Origin: a virus
Taxonomy: Duplodnaviria > Caudoviricetes
DNA length: 54,446 nt
Reading direction: 5' to 3' (one strand)
IMG/VR virus record: IMGVR_UViG_3300022929_000034
Coordinates: 1 to 54,446 of that record
Shown here in pieces: positions 24,738-33,958 of the stretch. A model generated the notes under the pieces. It was given only the letters and a program-made list of their open reading frames with translations. It was not told the DNA's origin and searched no databases. How positions within the stretch are numbered: position 1 is the stretch's first letter; every line of letters starts with the position of its first letter. Position numbers and translations under genes: made by a program.

Positions 24738-26258
24738 TTATTTTGGTCCCGTTAGGTTGCCGTAGTTTAGGGCGTCATACCCTGCGTATAACGCAGATGG
24801 TATTTGCATAAGAGTACCGGCACCAACAACGGGAGGAATGCCAGTGGATTCTGCTATTGCACCAAGCGTCCCTAAACCATGCACGGCCATACGGCCGTAA
24901 TTTCCTTTTTTGTAGTCCTCGTAAGCCTGCTCGGCTTCGTACGGGGCGACTGCAGCACCGGCCATGGGCACAAACCGTTTTCCTATGTTCCCAATCACGC
25001 GCAACCCGTTGACAACCCGGTTTGTAAACCGGTTGTCCTGCGGGGCTTGCGCGTTGGGCCTTTTTGCCAACAGCCTGTTGTACTCGGCTTCGTTTTCTAG
25101 GGCCGTTTGCCGCGCCCTTTCAACTGCCGAGGGCATCGCCGGGGCGGCTGACATATGCGCCTTCAAAGCAGCCCGGTGCTCTTTTAACGCGTCCGCTGCG
25201 GCTTTTTGCCGCTCCTGCATGCTCTCGGCTCTGGCGTCCGCAGCGACTTGGGCCGCAGCGATCTGATTGGTAATCACCCGTTTCTGTTGAGCCCGCGCAT
25301 CAAGCTCGGCTTGGTGTGCGGCGTTTTCTTGTGCCAATTGTGGCTCAACTATCTCGGATGGGGCCAGCACCCCGCTCCTAGTTGGACTCATGCCGGGGGC
25401 TTTGGATATGGCCTCATCGGGGTTCAAACCCATGGCCCCGAGAACAGACGTTGCCTCACGATTGCGCGCCGCATTTGCTGCGCTGGTCTCGTTCGAGCTG
25501 GTCCAACGCCGGTCGTTTCGGCCGTAGTATTCTTTTTCCTTGGGTTTGGGCGCAGATTCTTGTTGCGGGGGCGGCCCCATCCGCTCATGCAGTTCCATCT
25601 CAGGATCGCGAATCTTATGCACGTTTTGCTCGGCCCGCGCGGCATGTAGATCGCGCGTAGCCATCTCGTGTGCGTCTTGAAGCGCCTGCGCGCGGGCTTC
25701 CATGCGCTGTAGTTCATTTGCGTGCTCTTGCACAGCCTGCTCGTGGGCTTGAATGATGGGATCGTGGGCTTTGAGCTGTGCTTGGGCCTGCTCGTGTTTT
25801 TCTTGCACCGTCTTAAAACCCGTCGTATTTGCTTCCGCTGCCAAGTTTTCTGGGGTGCCCGGTACATACTGTGGGAGTATCGCTTTGGTAGCCGAATTGA
25901 TAGCTTGACCGGCAAGAATACCGCCCAGCGCTTCTGCACCGTAATCAACGCCCGGTTGCATTGGCACAGGCAATAATTTCTTGATGTCTTCGTACTTGCG
26001 GGTGACCGGGTTCATGGCATCACGCCGTGCCTGCTCCGATGTAACCTGATCAAGTTCTTTTTGACGCTCCTTGGCTATGGCCGCCGCTATCTGGTCATCC
26101 ATGCCCACGGCCGGTATTAGCATGCTAGGCTGCTCAACAACAACCCCGGCGGGAGCACCAGCAGGTGCGGCACCGGTTTCGTGCGCGACGATGGCCGACA
26201 TGGCCGCCTGTAAGTCTTCAGGCGACATTTGGGCTGTTGAGTTTTTTCCGTCGGCCAT
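24738..26258 (-). CDS. Putative ejection/internal virion protein
   Basis: 506 aa; helical A/Q/E-rich with C-terminal glycine-rich hydrophobic segments; last gene of the late operon. Confidence 0.6.
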   Translation of the reverse strand: MADGKNSTAQMSPEDLQAAMSAIVAHETGAAPAGAPAGVVVEQPSMLIPAVGMDDQIAAAIAKERQKELDQVTSEQARRDAMNPVTRKYEDIKKLLPVPMQPGVDYGAEALGGILAGQAINSATKAILPQYVPGTPENLAAEANTTGFKTVQEKHEQAQAQLKAHDPIIQAHEQAVQEHANELQRMEARAQALQDAHEMATRDLHAARAEQNVHKIRDPEMELHERMGPPPQQESAPKPKEKEYYGRNDRRWTSSNETSAANAARNREATSVLGAMGLNPDEAISKAPGMSPTRSGVLAPSEIVEPQLAQENAAHQAELDARAQQKRVITNQIAAAQVAADARAESMQERQKAAADALKEHRAALKAHMSAAPAMPSAVERARQTALENEAEYNRLLAKRPNAQAPQDNRFTNRVVNGLRVIGNIGKRFVPMAGAAVAPYEAEQAYEDYKKGNYGRMAVHGLGTLGAIAESTGIPPVVGAGTLMQIPSALYAGYDALNYGNLTGPK

Positions 26259-26260
26259 TA

Positions 26261-28204
26261 CTATTTCCCTCCACTGTAAAGTTTAGCAATCCTCTGGCGT
26301 TCTTTTTCCAAACGGGCTCTGTGTACTTCTTCTTCCGTAAGGAGGGCCGGGTGCTTAATGCTATCAGCGGCAGGAGAAAGGCTGCCCGCGTCAATGGCTT
26401 TTTGGTATTGTTTTCGCCAAGCCTCGGCCACATTTGCGCGGTGTTCAAAATTCAGTTGCGCATTCTTGATGCCCGCGTACTGTGCCACCGGTGTCTTGTC
26501 TATGTCAATGTTCGAGGTGAGGTAGCCCTTCACGGCACCCGTCAAATCTTTTTCTTTGTTGGGGTCAATGCCACTTCCTAACAGCCCGTAGTACACCCCC
26601 TTACCCAGCAGCGCGGTGTAGTCGTCAAAGGTGGACCACAGATCTTTGGGCAAACTGTTTTTCAATGCGCTGAGGACATCCACATTGAAGTTGGCCCCGT
26701 AGCCCATCAGGGAAACACCAACGCCTTTTTGCGCAAGTGTTCCGGCAAAACCGCCTTGTTCTCTGAGCAAGTTGGACATCCGGGCAATTTCAGGTTGGTG
26801 CTTTAGGGTGAAATCTTCCAGTTTTGCAAAAGTATCTTTTGCATTGGCTTGTAACCCCGGAGCAAGCAGCAGTTGCGACTGGACGTAGTTATCGTATGGG
26901 ACCGCTTCAGCTTTTAGGGCATTGGCTTTTACAACTTCATTTCGTTGGTCTATACCAGCTTTTTGTACGGCGTTGAAAGTAGCAGGATACGGTTCCAATT
27001 TATTGGATACCGTTACAGGAATGCTTTCAATTTTCGCTCGTGCGGCGGCGGCAGCGGCGGCGGGATCGGCAGGTGCGGCCGCAGGGGCTGCGGTGGCTAC
27101 CGCAGCCGCAGAAGGTGTGCGTGACCAATGATTGGCTTCTATTCCGCTGCCCTGTTTCCAACCGTTTTTAATTAGCAGTTGTTTTTGCGCTTCGGTTATT
27201 TTGCCTACGTCAATTGCGTTGCCGGTAAAGTGCAGACTATCCTCCCCGATGGGGTGCCCTTCTTTCGTGAACCATTTACCATCTTTTTGGTAACCGGTTT
27301 TTCGTAAATTTTCTTGGTCTTCAGGCGTGCGAACTTGGCTGATAATAGGGATTCCAAGTTTGGACAAAGCCAGACCGTCTTCGTTAACCTTAGCGCCGTT
27401 TGGCAGAAGCGTAACTTTGGCCTTCGCAGCAGCATCAGCCGCAACAGCAGCCGCATCAGGGGCTTTTGCAGCAGCAGCCGCATCAGGGGTTTTTGCAGCA
27501 GCAGCAGCCGCAGCAGCATCAGTTTCCCCCGCACCGCCAGTTACTTTTTTACCCACGCCACCAACGGTTTCGGTCGGCTCACGCAATTTGTTAGGAGTAA
27601 GCGGGCCGTACGCAGCTTCCACGGCGGCCAATGCGTCCGCGTAATCTTTTGGGTTTGCAAAACCGCCAGCAGCATTTAGTTCTCTGACTTTAGTCAACGC
27701 ATTTCCGTACTGGGTGGACCGTGTTGCGGCCTCTGACGCAGCCAATCGTTGGCTTTCTTGCATTGTTTTGAGTTCGGCGTCCGCTGCTTTGGCTTGCGCC
27801 GAATTTGGAGCTAAATTAACTAGTTTAGATACGTATTGCGGTGTTAAAGGATCGCCTTTGAGCAACCGAGCTGCTTCCATATCCGCAGCCGTTTTGTTGT
27901 TGTTCATAATTGCCTTGGTCATGGCAAGTTGAATGCGCATTTGTGCAATAGGCAATTGTGATTCGCGTTGTTTTTCTACATTCTGGCCAAGGGCCTCTCC
28001 GGCACTCCCCAAGGAAGCCATGAAACCACCCGGCTGGTACTTCAGAAGGCCAGCGGCTACGTTAAACCAGTTCGGTTGCTCATAACGTTGCTGAAGCGCC
28101 TTCATCGCATCCTGCAGCGAATTTTGGTACTCGGTTATGTCCTCGTCCTTAGCACCATAAAAGTTTAGCTTTTCAGGACCGGGAAGATTGGATTGTTCAG
28201 CCAT
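26261..28204 (-). CDS. Putative ejection protein with inserted peptidase M15-like (peptidoglycan hydrolase) domain
   Basis: IISQVRTPEDQ..L...SLHFTGNAIDV...GW......EANHW between Ala-rich linkers. Confidence 0.65.
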   Translation of the reverse strand: MAEQSNLPGPEKLNFYGAKDEDITEYQNSLQDAMKALQQRYEQPNWFNVAAGLLKYQPGGFMASLGSAGEALGQNVEKQRESQLPIAQMRIQLAMTKAIMNNNKTAADMEAARLLKGDPLTPQYVSKLVNLAPNSAQAKAADAELKTMQESQRLAASEAATRSTQYGNALTKVRELNAAGGFANPKDYADALAAVEAAYGPLTPNKLREPTETVGGVGKKVTGGAGETDAAAAAAAAKTPDAAAAAKAPDAAAVAADAAAKAKVTLLPNGAKVNEDGLALSKLGIPIISQVRTPEDQENLRKTGYQKDGKWFTKEGHPIGEDSLHFTGNAIDVGKITEAQKQLLIKNGWKQGSGIEANHWSRTPSAAAVATAAPAAAPADPAAAAAAARAKIESIPVTVSNKLEPYPATFNAVQKAGIDQRNEVVKANALKAEAVPYDNYVQSQLLLAPGLQANAKDTFAKLEDFTLKHQPEIARMSNLLREQGGFAGTLAQKGVGVSLMGYGANFNVDVLSALKNSLPKDLWSTFDDYTALLGKGVYYGLLGSGIDPNKEKDLTGAVKGYLTSNIDIDKTPVAQYAGIKNAQLNFEHRANVAEAWRKQYQKAIDAGSLSPAADSIKHPALLTEEEVHRARLEKERQRIAKLYSGGK

Positions 28205-28214
28205 GATCTACGCC

Positions 28215-29555
28215 TTATTGTGCAAAGTAATCTTCGTTGTAATTACTGTAATCTGGAATATACGGGGGCGTGTAAGGTTCTGTGGGCGTTGTATATCCAG
28301 TGTCTAACGGACCACCCGCACTAGGATTGTTTTCAATTATCCTTCCTGTGTACACCGGATTGCTGCCAACTATTTCGTAGCCGGGGTTTAGATTTCCGTT
28401 ATCGTCGTAAGGCGTGCCTGTTATTGGTCCAGAACCACCGCCGCCGCTTGGGTTGTAAGAGCTTCCGCTAGTAGCGTAGTTGTAAGCGCTCTTAGCGGCA
28501 CCCTTGATGCCGCCCCACGCATCCCCTGCAGCCGATCCTATTGAGGGTGCCAGCGCGTCGTAAACCGACCTGCCACCATAACCCGGGGATTGGAACAAGC
28601 CCGTGGCCAATGCGCCCAAGCCAGCGATGGCCGACAAAGGCGACCCGGTGGCGTTCTGGATGGTGGTCGTCGGGATCTGCGCGCCGCTCATGGCCGCCAT
28701 CTGCCGGGCCGCCACGTCCAGCGGGAACAGTTGCTGATTCTGCGCAATGGTCTGCTGTTGGCCGCCAAGGGTCGACAGCGCGTTGACATCCGCCAGCCCG
28801 CTTGCCTGCTGCTGTTGGCCAAGGTTGATCTGGCCGGTCGCGGCATTGTTCAAAGCCTGCGCCTGTTGCGATGCAGCATTACCGGCAACCTGCGCCGCCG
28901 TGGCTTGGTTTTGGTTGTACTGGTTCTGCAGGGTGCCTGCCGTGCTGCCCGCCGTGAGCTGATTGGCACGCTGCTGCTGGGCCGCCTGCAAGGCATTGGT
29001 GTACCCGGTCTGGAGGGCCTGACTCTGCAGCCCAAGCGCGCCGATGTTGGCATTGGAAATGCCCAGCGCGAGGGCGTTTGCGCCCCGCTGGGAGCCGAAT
29101 TGGCCTGACCCTACCGCACCCGAGGTGATGGACGGGGAAAGGTTCTGGGCGATGTTCTGCTGGTTCGCAAGCCGGATCTGGTCCACCACGCCACTGGTGT
29201 ACGGGTTCATGTAGTCGCCGACCAAATCGGCGGCGCTGGATGTACCGGATTGCAGGTACGGGTTGGCCTGCGTCAGGCCGCTCACCGCCGTGTTGTTCAG
29301 GTAGGGCTGGGTTGCCCCGGAAATATCCGTACCAGCGGCCGCCCCAAAGTTTGTTCCGGCGGCAGTCAGCGCGGGCTGGTAGTTGCCTTGGTTTTTGCTT
29401 ACATCGGTGAACGCCTGCGTCTGGAGCGGCGAAGCGCCTACAAATTGGGCCGCGTTCGCACCAGCAGTGCCACGGGTGGCTATGTTGTTGAGATAGTCGG
29501 TGTAATACTGCGGCGTCGTCGTGGCCGTTGTTGCGTAACTGTCAGTTAGTGCCAT
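28215..29555 (-). CDS. Putative DNA transfer/pilot (ejection) protein
   Basis: Q/A/G-rich; YMNPY...GQFGSQRG...GQQQ pattern; SPLSAIAGLGALATG. Confidence 0.7.
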   Translation of the reverse strand: MALTDSYATTATTTPQYYTDYLNNIATRGTAGANAAQFVGASPLQTQAFTDVSKNQGNYQPALTAAGTNFGAAAGTDISGATQPYLNNTAVSGLTQANPYLQSGTSSAADLVGDYMNPYTSGVVDQIRLANQQNIAQNLSPSITSGAVGSGQFGSQRGANALALGISNANIGALGLQSQALQTGYTNALQAAQQQRANQLTAGSTAGTLQNQYNQNQATAAQVAGNAASQQAQALNNAATGQINLGQQQQASGLADVNALSTLGGQQQTIAQNQQLFPLDVAARQMAAMSGAQIPTTTIQNATGSPLSAIAGLGALATGLFQSPGYGGRSVYDALAPSIGSAAGDAWGGIKGAAKSAYNYATSGSSYNPSGGGGSGPITGTPYDDNGNLNPGYEIVGSNPVYTGRIIENNPSAGGPLDTGYTTPTEPYTPPYIPDYSNYNEDYFAQ

Positions 29556-31695
29556 GATTTTTGCCTTTCGACTTCAGGTATTCTAACGGCGACTTGGCGT
29601 CCGGGGGCAGTTTGTCTGGGGGCGCAGACCGGGCGCGGGATCGGATCGCCTGCACCATCTGGTCCAATTCCTTGGCCCCGGCCTTGTTGGAGCCGTTACC
29701 CAGCGCGGAGACCACATCGGCGCTGAAGACATACTCACCGTTGGCCAGCATGGCCGTGATGTCGTCGCTGGTCCCGTCGCCCTTGCCTTCCACGTACTTG
29801 CCGCCCAGCCCGCTCAAGCCACCGGTGCGGAACACCGGGGTCCCGTCGTAGTTGGGGTGCTGGTGGTCATCAGGCTGTCCGCCCTCGGCCAGATGCATCC
29901 CACGGGACTGCAGCAGGGCCGCAAGCTGCGGCAGCACCTTTGGAGGGGTGTAGGTGCCGGTCTGGCCAAGACGCATGACCTGAGCGTTTTGGGGCGTGGC
30001 TTCCAACGCGCCGACGCCTGCCAAGGCTCTGAGGCCGGACATGATCTTGTCGTTTTGTTTTTGCTGGCCCAAGTCCTTGTAGTACCGCAAGTTCTGCTGC
30101 ATGGCCTCGTACGCTGCCTGCTGTTGGGGGGTGCGCGCCGGTGTCTGCGTTTCTGTGGACGTTGAGTCAACAAGGTCGCCGTCTTTAAAATGTTGCACAG
30201 GGCCGCCGGATGCGTACATGGCTGACTCAAACGGCAACGCGCTCATCTTGGCAATATCTTGCGCCGCCGTGGCACTGCCAATCGGCCCGTAATTCATGGC
30301 CAAATCTTCTGTCGGCTTTAAGTTGAGCTGAGTCAAATTTTGCGAGTACGGTGTGTACTTAGAGCCACCCCTGTCTCCGACGTAAGCTAGGCCAGAAGAT
30401 GGCGACATTAGTGATGGCATGTTAAGACCTCGTGCAGTGTCAGTAGATGAAATATTTCTGGTTGCGGGGGCAGCGGAAGACGATGGGGCGGGCGAAGATT
30501 CCGTGGTTGGTTTTAAGTTACCAGAATTTAAGATGTTGTTGACATCGGCATCGGTGCCGCCACCAAAATATGGCGTAGATGCGGTTGAATCTCTTGGCCC
30601 ACTTCCGATACCAATACTCGCCAATCCTTTGTCGACCGTATTAGACAACGCGCCGCTTACATTCGGCCCGACATTCAACGGCGATGCTATGTTTTTGGTA
30701 AGGCTTGAAAGATTTGATGTTCTTGCAAGTATTGATACCGAAAACGGGTCCATCCCGGTTTCTTTGGCAAAATACTTGACGGCCGCAACATTTGCCATTG
30801 ATGCCACGCCATCGCCGTACTGCCCGCTAAGAGCGGCCCTGAACATAGCCGGATTGACGCCCATCAATGTGGCCACCCGATCACCAACAAGGCTCACTAT
30901 GGCCTGACCGGGTGTTATCCTCCCGGACGCCAAGTCCGCAGCGAATTTTGCTACTACGTACCCCGGAACCAGTGGCGCAAGTATGCTGACGGTCTTGTCA
31001 ATAAACGTATCAAAATTTTGCGCGGCAATGACATTTTCTGCGCTTTGGTTTGTGTTTCCGCTGACACCATACACGCCGCCAAGGCCAACTTCGCCTAGGG
31101 CCTTGAGTAATTGACGGTCCACTGGCAAACCCGTCAAATCACTGGGGCTTACCGTGAATTTCAAATCATTTTGTTCTGTCGCTTCAGAATTTTTTGTTGC
31201 TGGCTTAAGCCAGTTATCTCGTTCGGTTTGGGTAAATTGTTTTAGTAAATTTGCTTGGTCAAGAGGGCTGACAGGGCCTGCTTCTTGGGCCGTCTTGTAG
31301 GCTGTCCTGTAGGCGTCACGGGCGTCGTTAATATTGACTTGCCTATCAAGAGCGGCTTGTTGCTCAGGCGTGCGCTTTATATCTGTAAAAGAATCCAGCG
31401 GTGAATTGGCTACCGGGCGGAAAGGAACAACATTAGGGTCCCCATCCGGCGCGTCAGAAAGGCCGCTCCATGAAGGATCAGTAGTATCTGCCGGGGCGTT
31501 ATCTGCCGGGGCGTTATCTGCTGGGGCGTTATCCGCAGGGGCGTTATCGGCCGAGGCGTTATCCCCGTTGTTATCCCCGTTGTTATCCCCGTTGTTATTG
31601 TTGAACGCGCGGCTGGTGTTGTCGCCCCCGTTGTCGCCTCCATCGCCCCCGCCATCAGCCCCACCGCCATCTTCAAAATAATGAATTCTGCGCAT
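29542..31695 (-). CDS. Internal virion protein with AxGG motifs and C-terminal 'GDGTSDDI..MLANGEYV' domain
   Basis: ATG at 31695 with GAGGAG RBS. Motifs FEDGG, YASGG, LAEGG, FRTGG; the C-terminal domain resembles the one at tape-measure C-termini. Confidence 0.7.
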   Translation of the reverse strand: MRRIHYFEDGGGADGGGDGGDNGGDNTSRAFNNNNGDNNGDNNGDNASADNAPADNAPADNAPADNAPADTTDPSWSGLSDAPDGDPNVVPFRPVANSPLDSFTDIKRTPEQQAALDRQVNINDARDAYRTAYKTAQEAGPVSPLDQANLLKQFTQTERDNWLKPATKNSEATEQNDLKFTVSPSDLTGLPVDRQLLKALGEVGLGGVYGVSGNTNQSAENVIAAQNFDTFIDKTVSILAPLVPGYVVAKFAADLASGRITPGQAIVSLVGDRVATLMGVNPAMFRAALSGQYGDGVASMANVAAVKYFAKETGMDPFSVSILARTSNLSSLTKNIASPLNVGPNVSGALSNTVDKGLASIGIGSGPRDSTASTPYFGGGTDADVNNILNSGNLKPTTESSPAPSSSAAPATRNISSTDTARGLNMPSLMSPSSGLAYVGDRGGSKYTPYSQNLTQLNLKPTEDLAMNYGPIGSATAAQDIAKMSALPFESAMYASGGPVQHFKDGDLVDSTSTETQTPARTPQQQAAYEAMQQNLRYYKDLGQQKQNDKIMSGLRALAGVGALEATPQNAQVMRLGQTGTYTPPKVLPQLAALLQSRGMHLAEGGQPDDHQHPNYDGTPVFRTGGLSGLGGKYVEGKGDGTSDDITAMLANGEYVFSADVVSALGNGSNKAGAKELDQMVQAIRSRARSAPPDKLPPDAKSPLEYLKSKGKNHGTN
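31491..31600. repeat. Coding tandem repeats (DNAPA)n and (DNNG)n
   Basis: 15-bp ggggcgttatctgcc-like units and 12-bp gttgttatcccc units. Confidence 0.85.
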
Positions 31696-31697
31696 GG

Positions 31698-31940
31698 CTA
31701 TCTCCTCAACGAATTGTTGAGGGCGAAGGCCCAGTCTTGCCACGTATCAAAGTTGCGACTATCCGGCGCGCCAGCGAAACGACCGATACCGGCAATACCA
31801 TCAGCCCACTCGTGCCAGCGCTCTTCTTCAATAGTCCCAAGCTGGTTGGCGGCAAACAGGCCAGCCATCGACGCGCACCAGAAGTCCCACTCCATGCCGC
31901 GTGGGTCAAATATTTGCCGTGAGTCAATTGCGGTGATCAT
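31698..31940 (-). CDS. Hypothetical virion-associated protein
   Basis: 80 aa, W-rich (DPRGMEWD.W...FDTWQDWA). Confidence 0.75.
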   Translation of the reverse strand: MITAIDSRQIFDPRGMEWDFWCASMAGLFAANQLGTIEEERWHEWADGIAGIGRFAGAPDSRNFDTWQDWAFALNNSLRR

Positions 31941-33958
31941 GGGTTGCCCGTGGAACGCACGTCGCCGGTGGTGATGGACAGAAGCACCCGCCCGGTCTGG
32001 TAGGTGCCGTTGTAGGTATTCGACTCAAACCGCAGCCGCATCTCGCGGCGCTGCTCACGCATATCGATCTTGAGCGTGTTCGGTGAGAACGTGTAAGGCG
32101 CGGAATCTACGGGTACATCGTCCGCGTAGCCTTCACCCGTCACCACCACGGTCATGTCGCCGACCTGCACGAAGTCCGGCTCAATGCGCTCAAGGCGGGT
32201 CCACAGGTTATCGCCGGGCTGCTGCTGGGTGCCCACAAGCCCGCCAAGCGTACCGACGCTGTAAGTCTCAAAATAGCTCTGGACGGCATTTGAGTTGGTC
32301 AAATAGATTTGGTCGTAGCCAGTCTCGTGTTGCCACAGGGTGTAGGTCCCGGCGCTGTTGGCCTCGTTACCGGCCCAAATGGGTTTCGGAAATACCTCCG
32401 AGAACACCCCTGCGGAACGGCGCGCGCCGAGGGCCTGCCCGGCGTCGTACCAGACTTTCTCCCGGGTGTTGTAGATGATGGCGTCGGTGCATTCCGTCGC
32501 GTCGCCTTTGGGGTAGAACCACCAGATCTCACCGTAGCGCGGCACCTTGGTAGCCCAGACCTTCTGGCGCTGGGCATAGTTCAGGTTGTCAAAAAAGTAG
32601 TTCTCGCAGTACTTGTTCGGGATCTCCTGCACCACGCCGTTGTAGGCAAGAAACCGGTCCACGCCGCACCAGTAAAAAATTCCGTCGTACTCGATCACGC
32701 TGTTGGAGGACATGATGGACGTCTGGCTGCTCACCAAGTCGTAGGCCCAGTAGTAATTCACGCCGCCCGAGCTGGACGGCTGGAAGCTCACGCGTATCAG
32801 CGCATCAGCAGCCCAGAACAGGCCGCTGGGCGACGTTGAGCCGCCCCGGATGGGTAGCCCCTTGACAATCTTGCCGGTGGCCACGTTGGTCGCGTTGGCG
32901 TCCGGGGAGACCCAGTTCGCAAAGTCACCGGCGCTGGAATTCTGGATTAGGCCGTTGTTGCCGTAAATGAACAGGTACGGGTGGATAACCACGCACCCGC
33001 CGGAAACGGCGATATTGTTGTCAAAGGTGGCCGTGATGGTCGCCGACGCGGTGGCCGCTGCGGACATCACCACGGTGGTACTGGCCACCGACACCACGGT
33101 CGTACCTGCAGGGATGCCGGTGCCGGTGATGCTCTGACCGGCAGCAATTCTGACATTTGCGGCAGCAAGAGTAAAAGTTGTCGTGGTATTGGTTGTCCCC
33201 ACCGCAGTGAACAGGCCCACCTTGGACAGCGACGGCGCGGCGGTGTAGGTCAGGCCGGTTGGCGTGCCCGCAGTTGTGACCACCGCAGCGCCGCCATAGG
33301 TCGCGGACAAGGTAAACGTCGTAGACCCGTTGGTGGCGATGATGAAGTACGTTGTCGGGTTCGTGTACCCGGTGATGCTGCCGGTGCCGCCGTATGTTCC
33401 GCTGATCGCAAGCTGCTGGCCCACCGTCAAAATTACGCCGGAGTTAGAGCAAGAAAATTGGCCAGCCGTGCCGGTAATGGCCACGCCGGTCAGGTAACCA
33501 AAGCTGCCCGGAAACGTGCCGTACAGCACCGGCGTATTCACCGAAGAGGTAATGAACCGCAAGTTCTGGCCGGGATGCGCCACCAAGTTGTTGGTGTTGT
33601 TGCCGGTGGAGTCGTATGCAATATCAAACTGCCACAAATTGTCATCGCTGGCGGTAAAATTGTTCAGGGTGTAGTTGTACGGCCCCGAACCGCTTCCGCC
33701 GCTGCTGCTGGTGACCCACTGCTGCAGGCCGTTGTTGTAGCCGGAGACCACGTAATTGAAGCCGTTGATGGCGGTCATGGCCATGCCACGCGAGATGTTT
33801 GTGGCGTTCAAGAAGATGCCGTCGTACCCGCCGATCTTGCGGGGCCGACCGCGTTGGAAGCGGACCCACTTACCGTCAACGTAGCAAGGTGAATCGAACA
33901 TGGTTCCGTCCCGCTGAATCCCAGCGGGGACCTCCATCGATATGACCTTTGCTGTCAT
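31937..33958 (-). CDS. Tail nozzle / packaged-DNA stabilisation protein (P22 gp10-like)
   Basis: Real start ATG 33958 (MTAKVISM...DGKWVRF..GRPRKIGG); beta-rich, EIWWFYP...IIYN..E..WY; 673 aa. Confidence 0.75.
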   Translation of the reverse strand: MTAKVISMEVPAGIQRDGTMFDSPCYVDGKWVRFQRGRPRKIGGYDGIFLNATNISRGMAMTAINGFNYVVSGYNNGLQQWVTSSSGGSGSGPYNYTLNNFTASDDNLWQFDIAYDSTGNNTNNLVAHPGQNLRFITSSVNTPVLYGTFPGSFGYLTGVAITGTAGQFSCSNSGVILTVGQQLAISGTYGGTGSITGYTNPTTYFIIATNGSTTFTLSATYGGAAVVTTAGTPTGLTYTAAPSLSKVGLFTAVGTTNTTTTFTLAAANVRIAAGQSITGTGIPAGTTVVSVASTTVVMSAAATASATITATFDNNIAVSGGCVVIHPYLFIYGNNGLIQNSSAGDFANWVSPDANATNVATGKIVKGLPIRGGSTSPSGLFWAADALIRVSFQPSSSGGVNYYWAYDLVSSQTSIMSSNSVIEYDGIFYWCGVDRFLAYNGVVQEIPNKYCENYFFDNLNYAQRQKVWATKVPRYGEIWWFYPKGDATECTDAIIYNTREKVWYDAGQALGARRSAGVFSEVFPKPIWAGNEANSAGTYTLWQHETGYDQIYLTNSNAVQSYFETYSVGTLGGLVGTQQQPGDNLWTRLERIEPDFVQVGDMTVVVTGEGYADDVPVDSAPYTFSPNTLKIDMREQRREMRLRFESNTYNGTYQTGRVLLSITTGDVRSTGNP

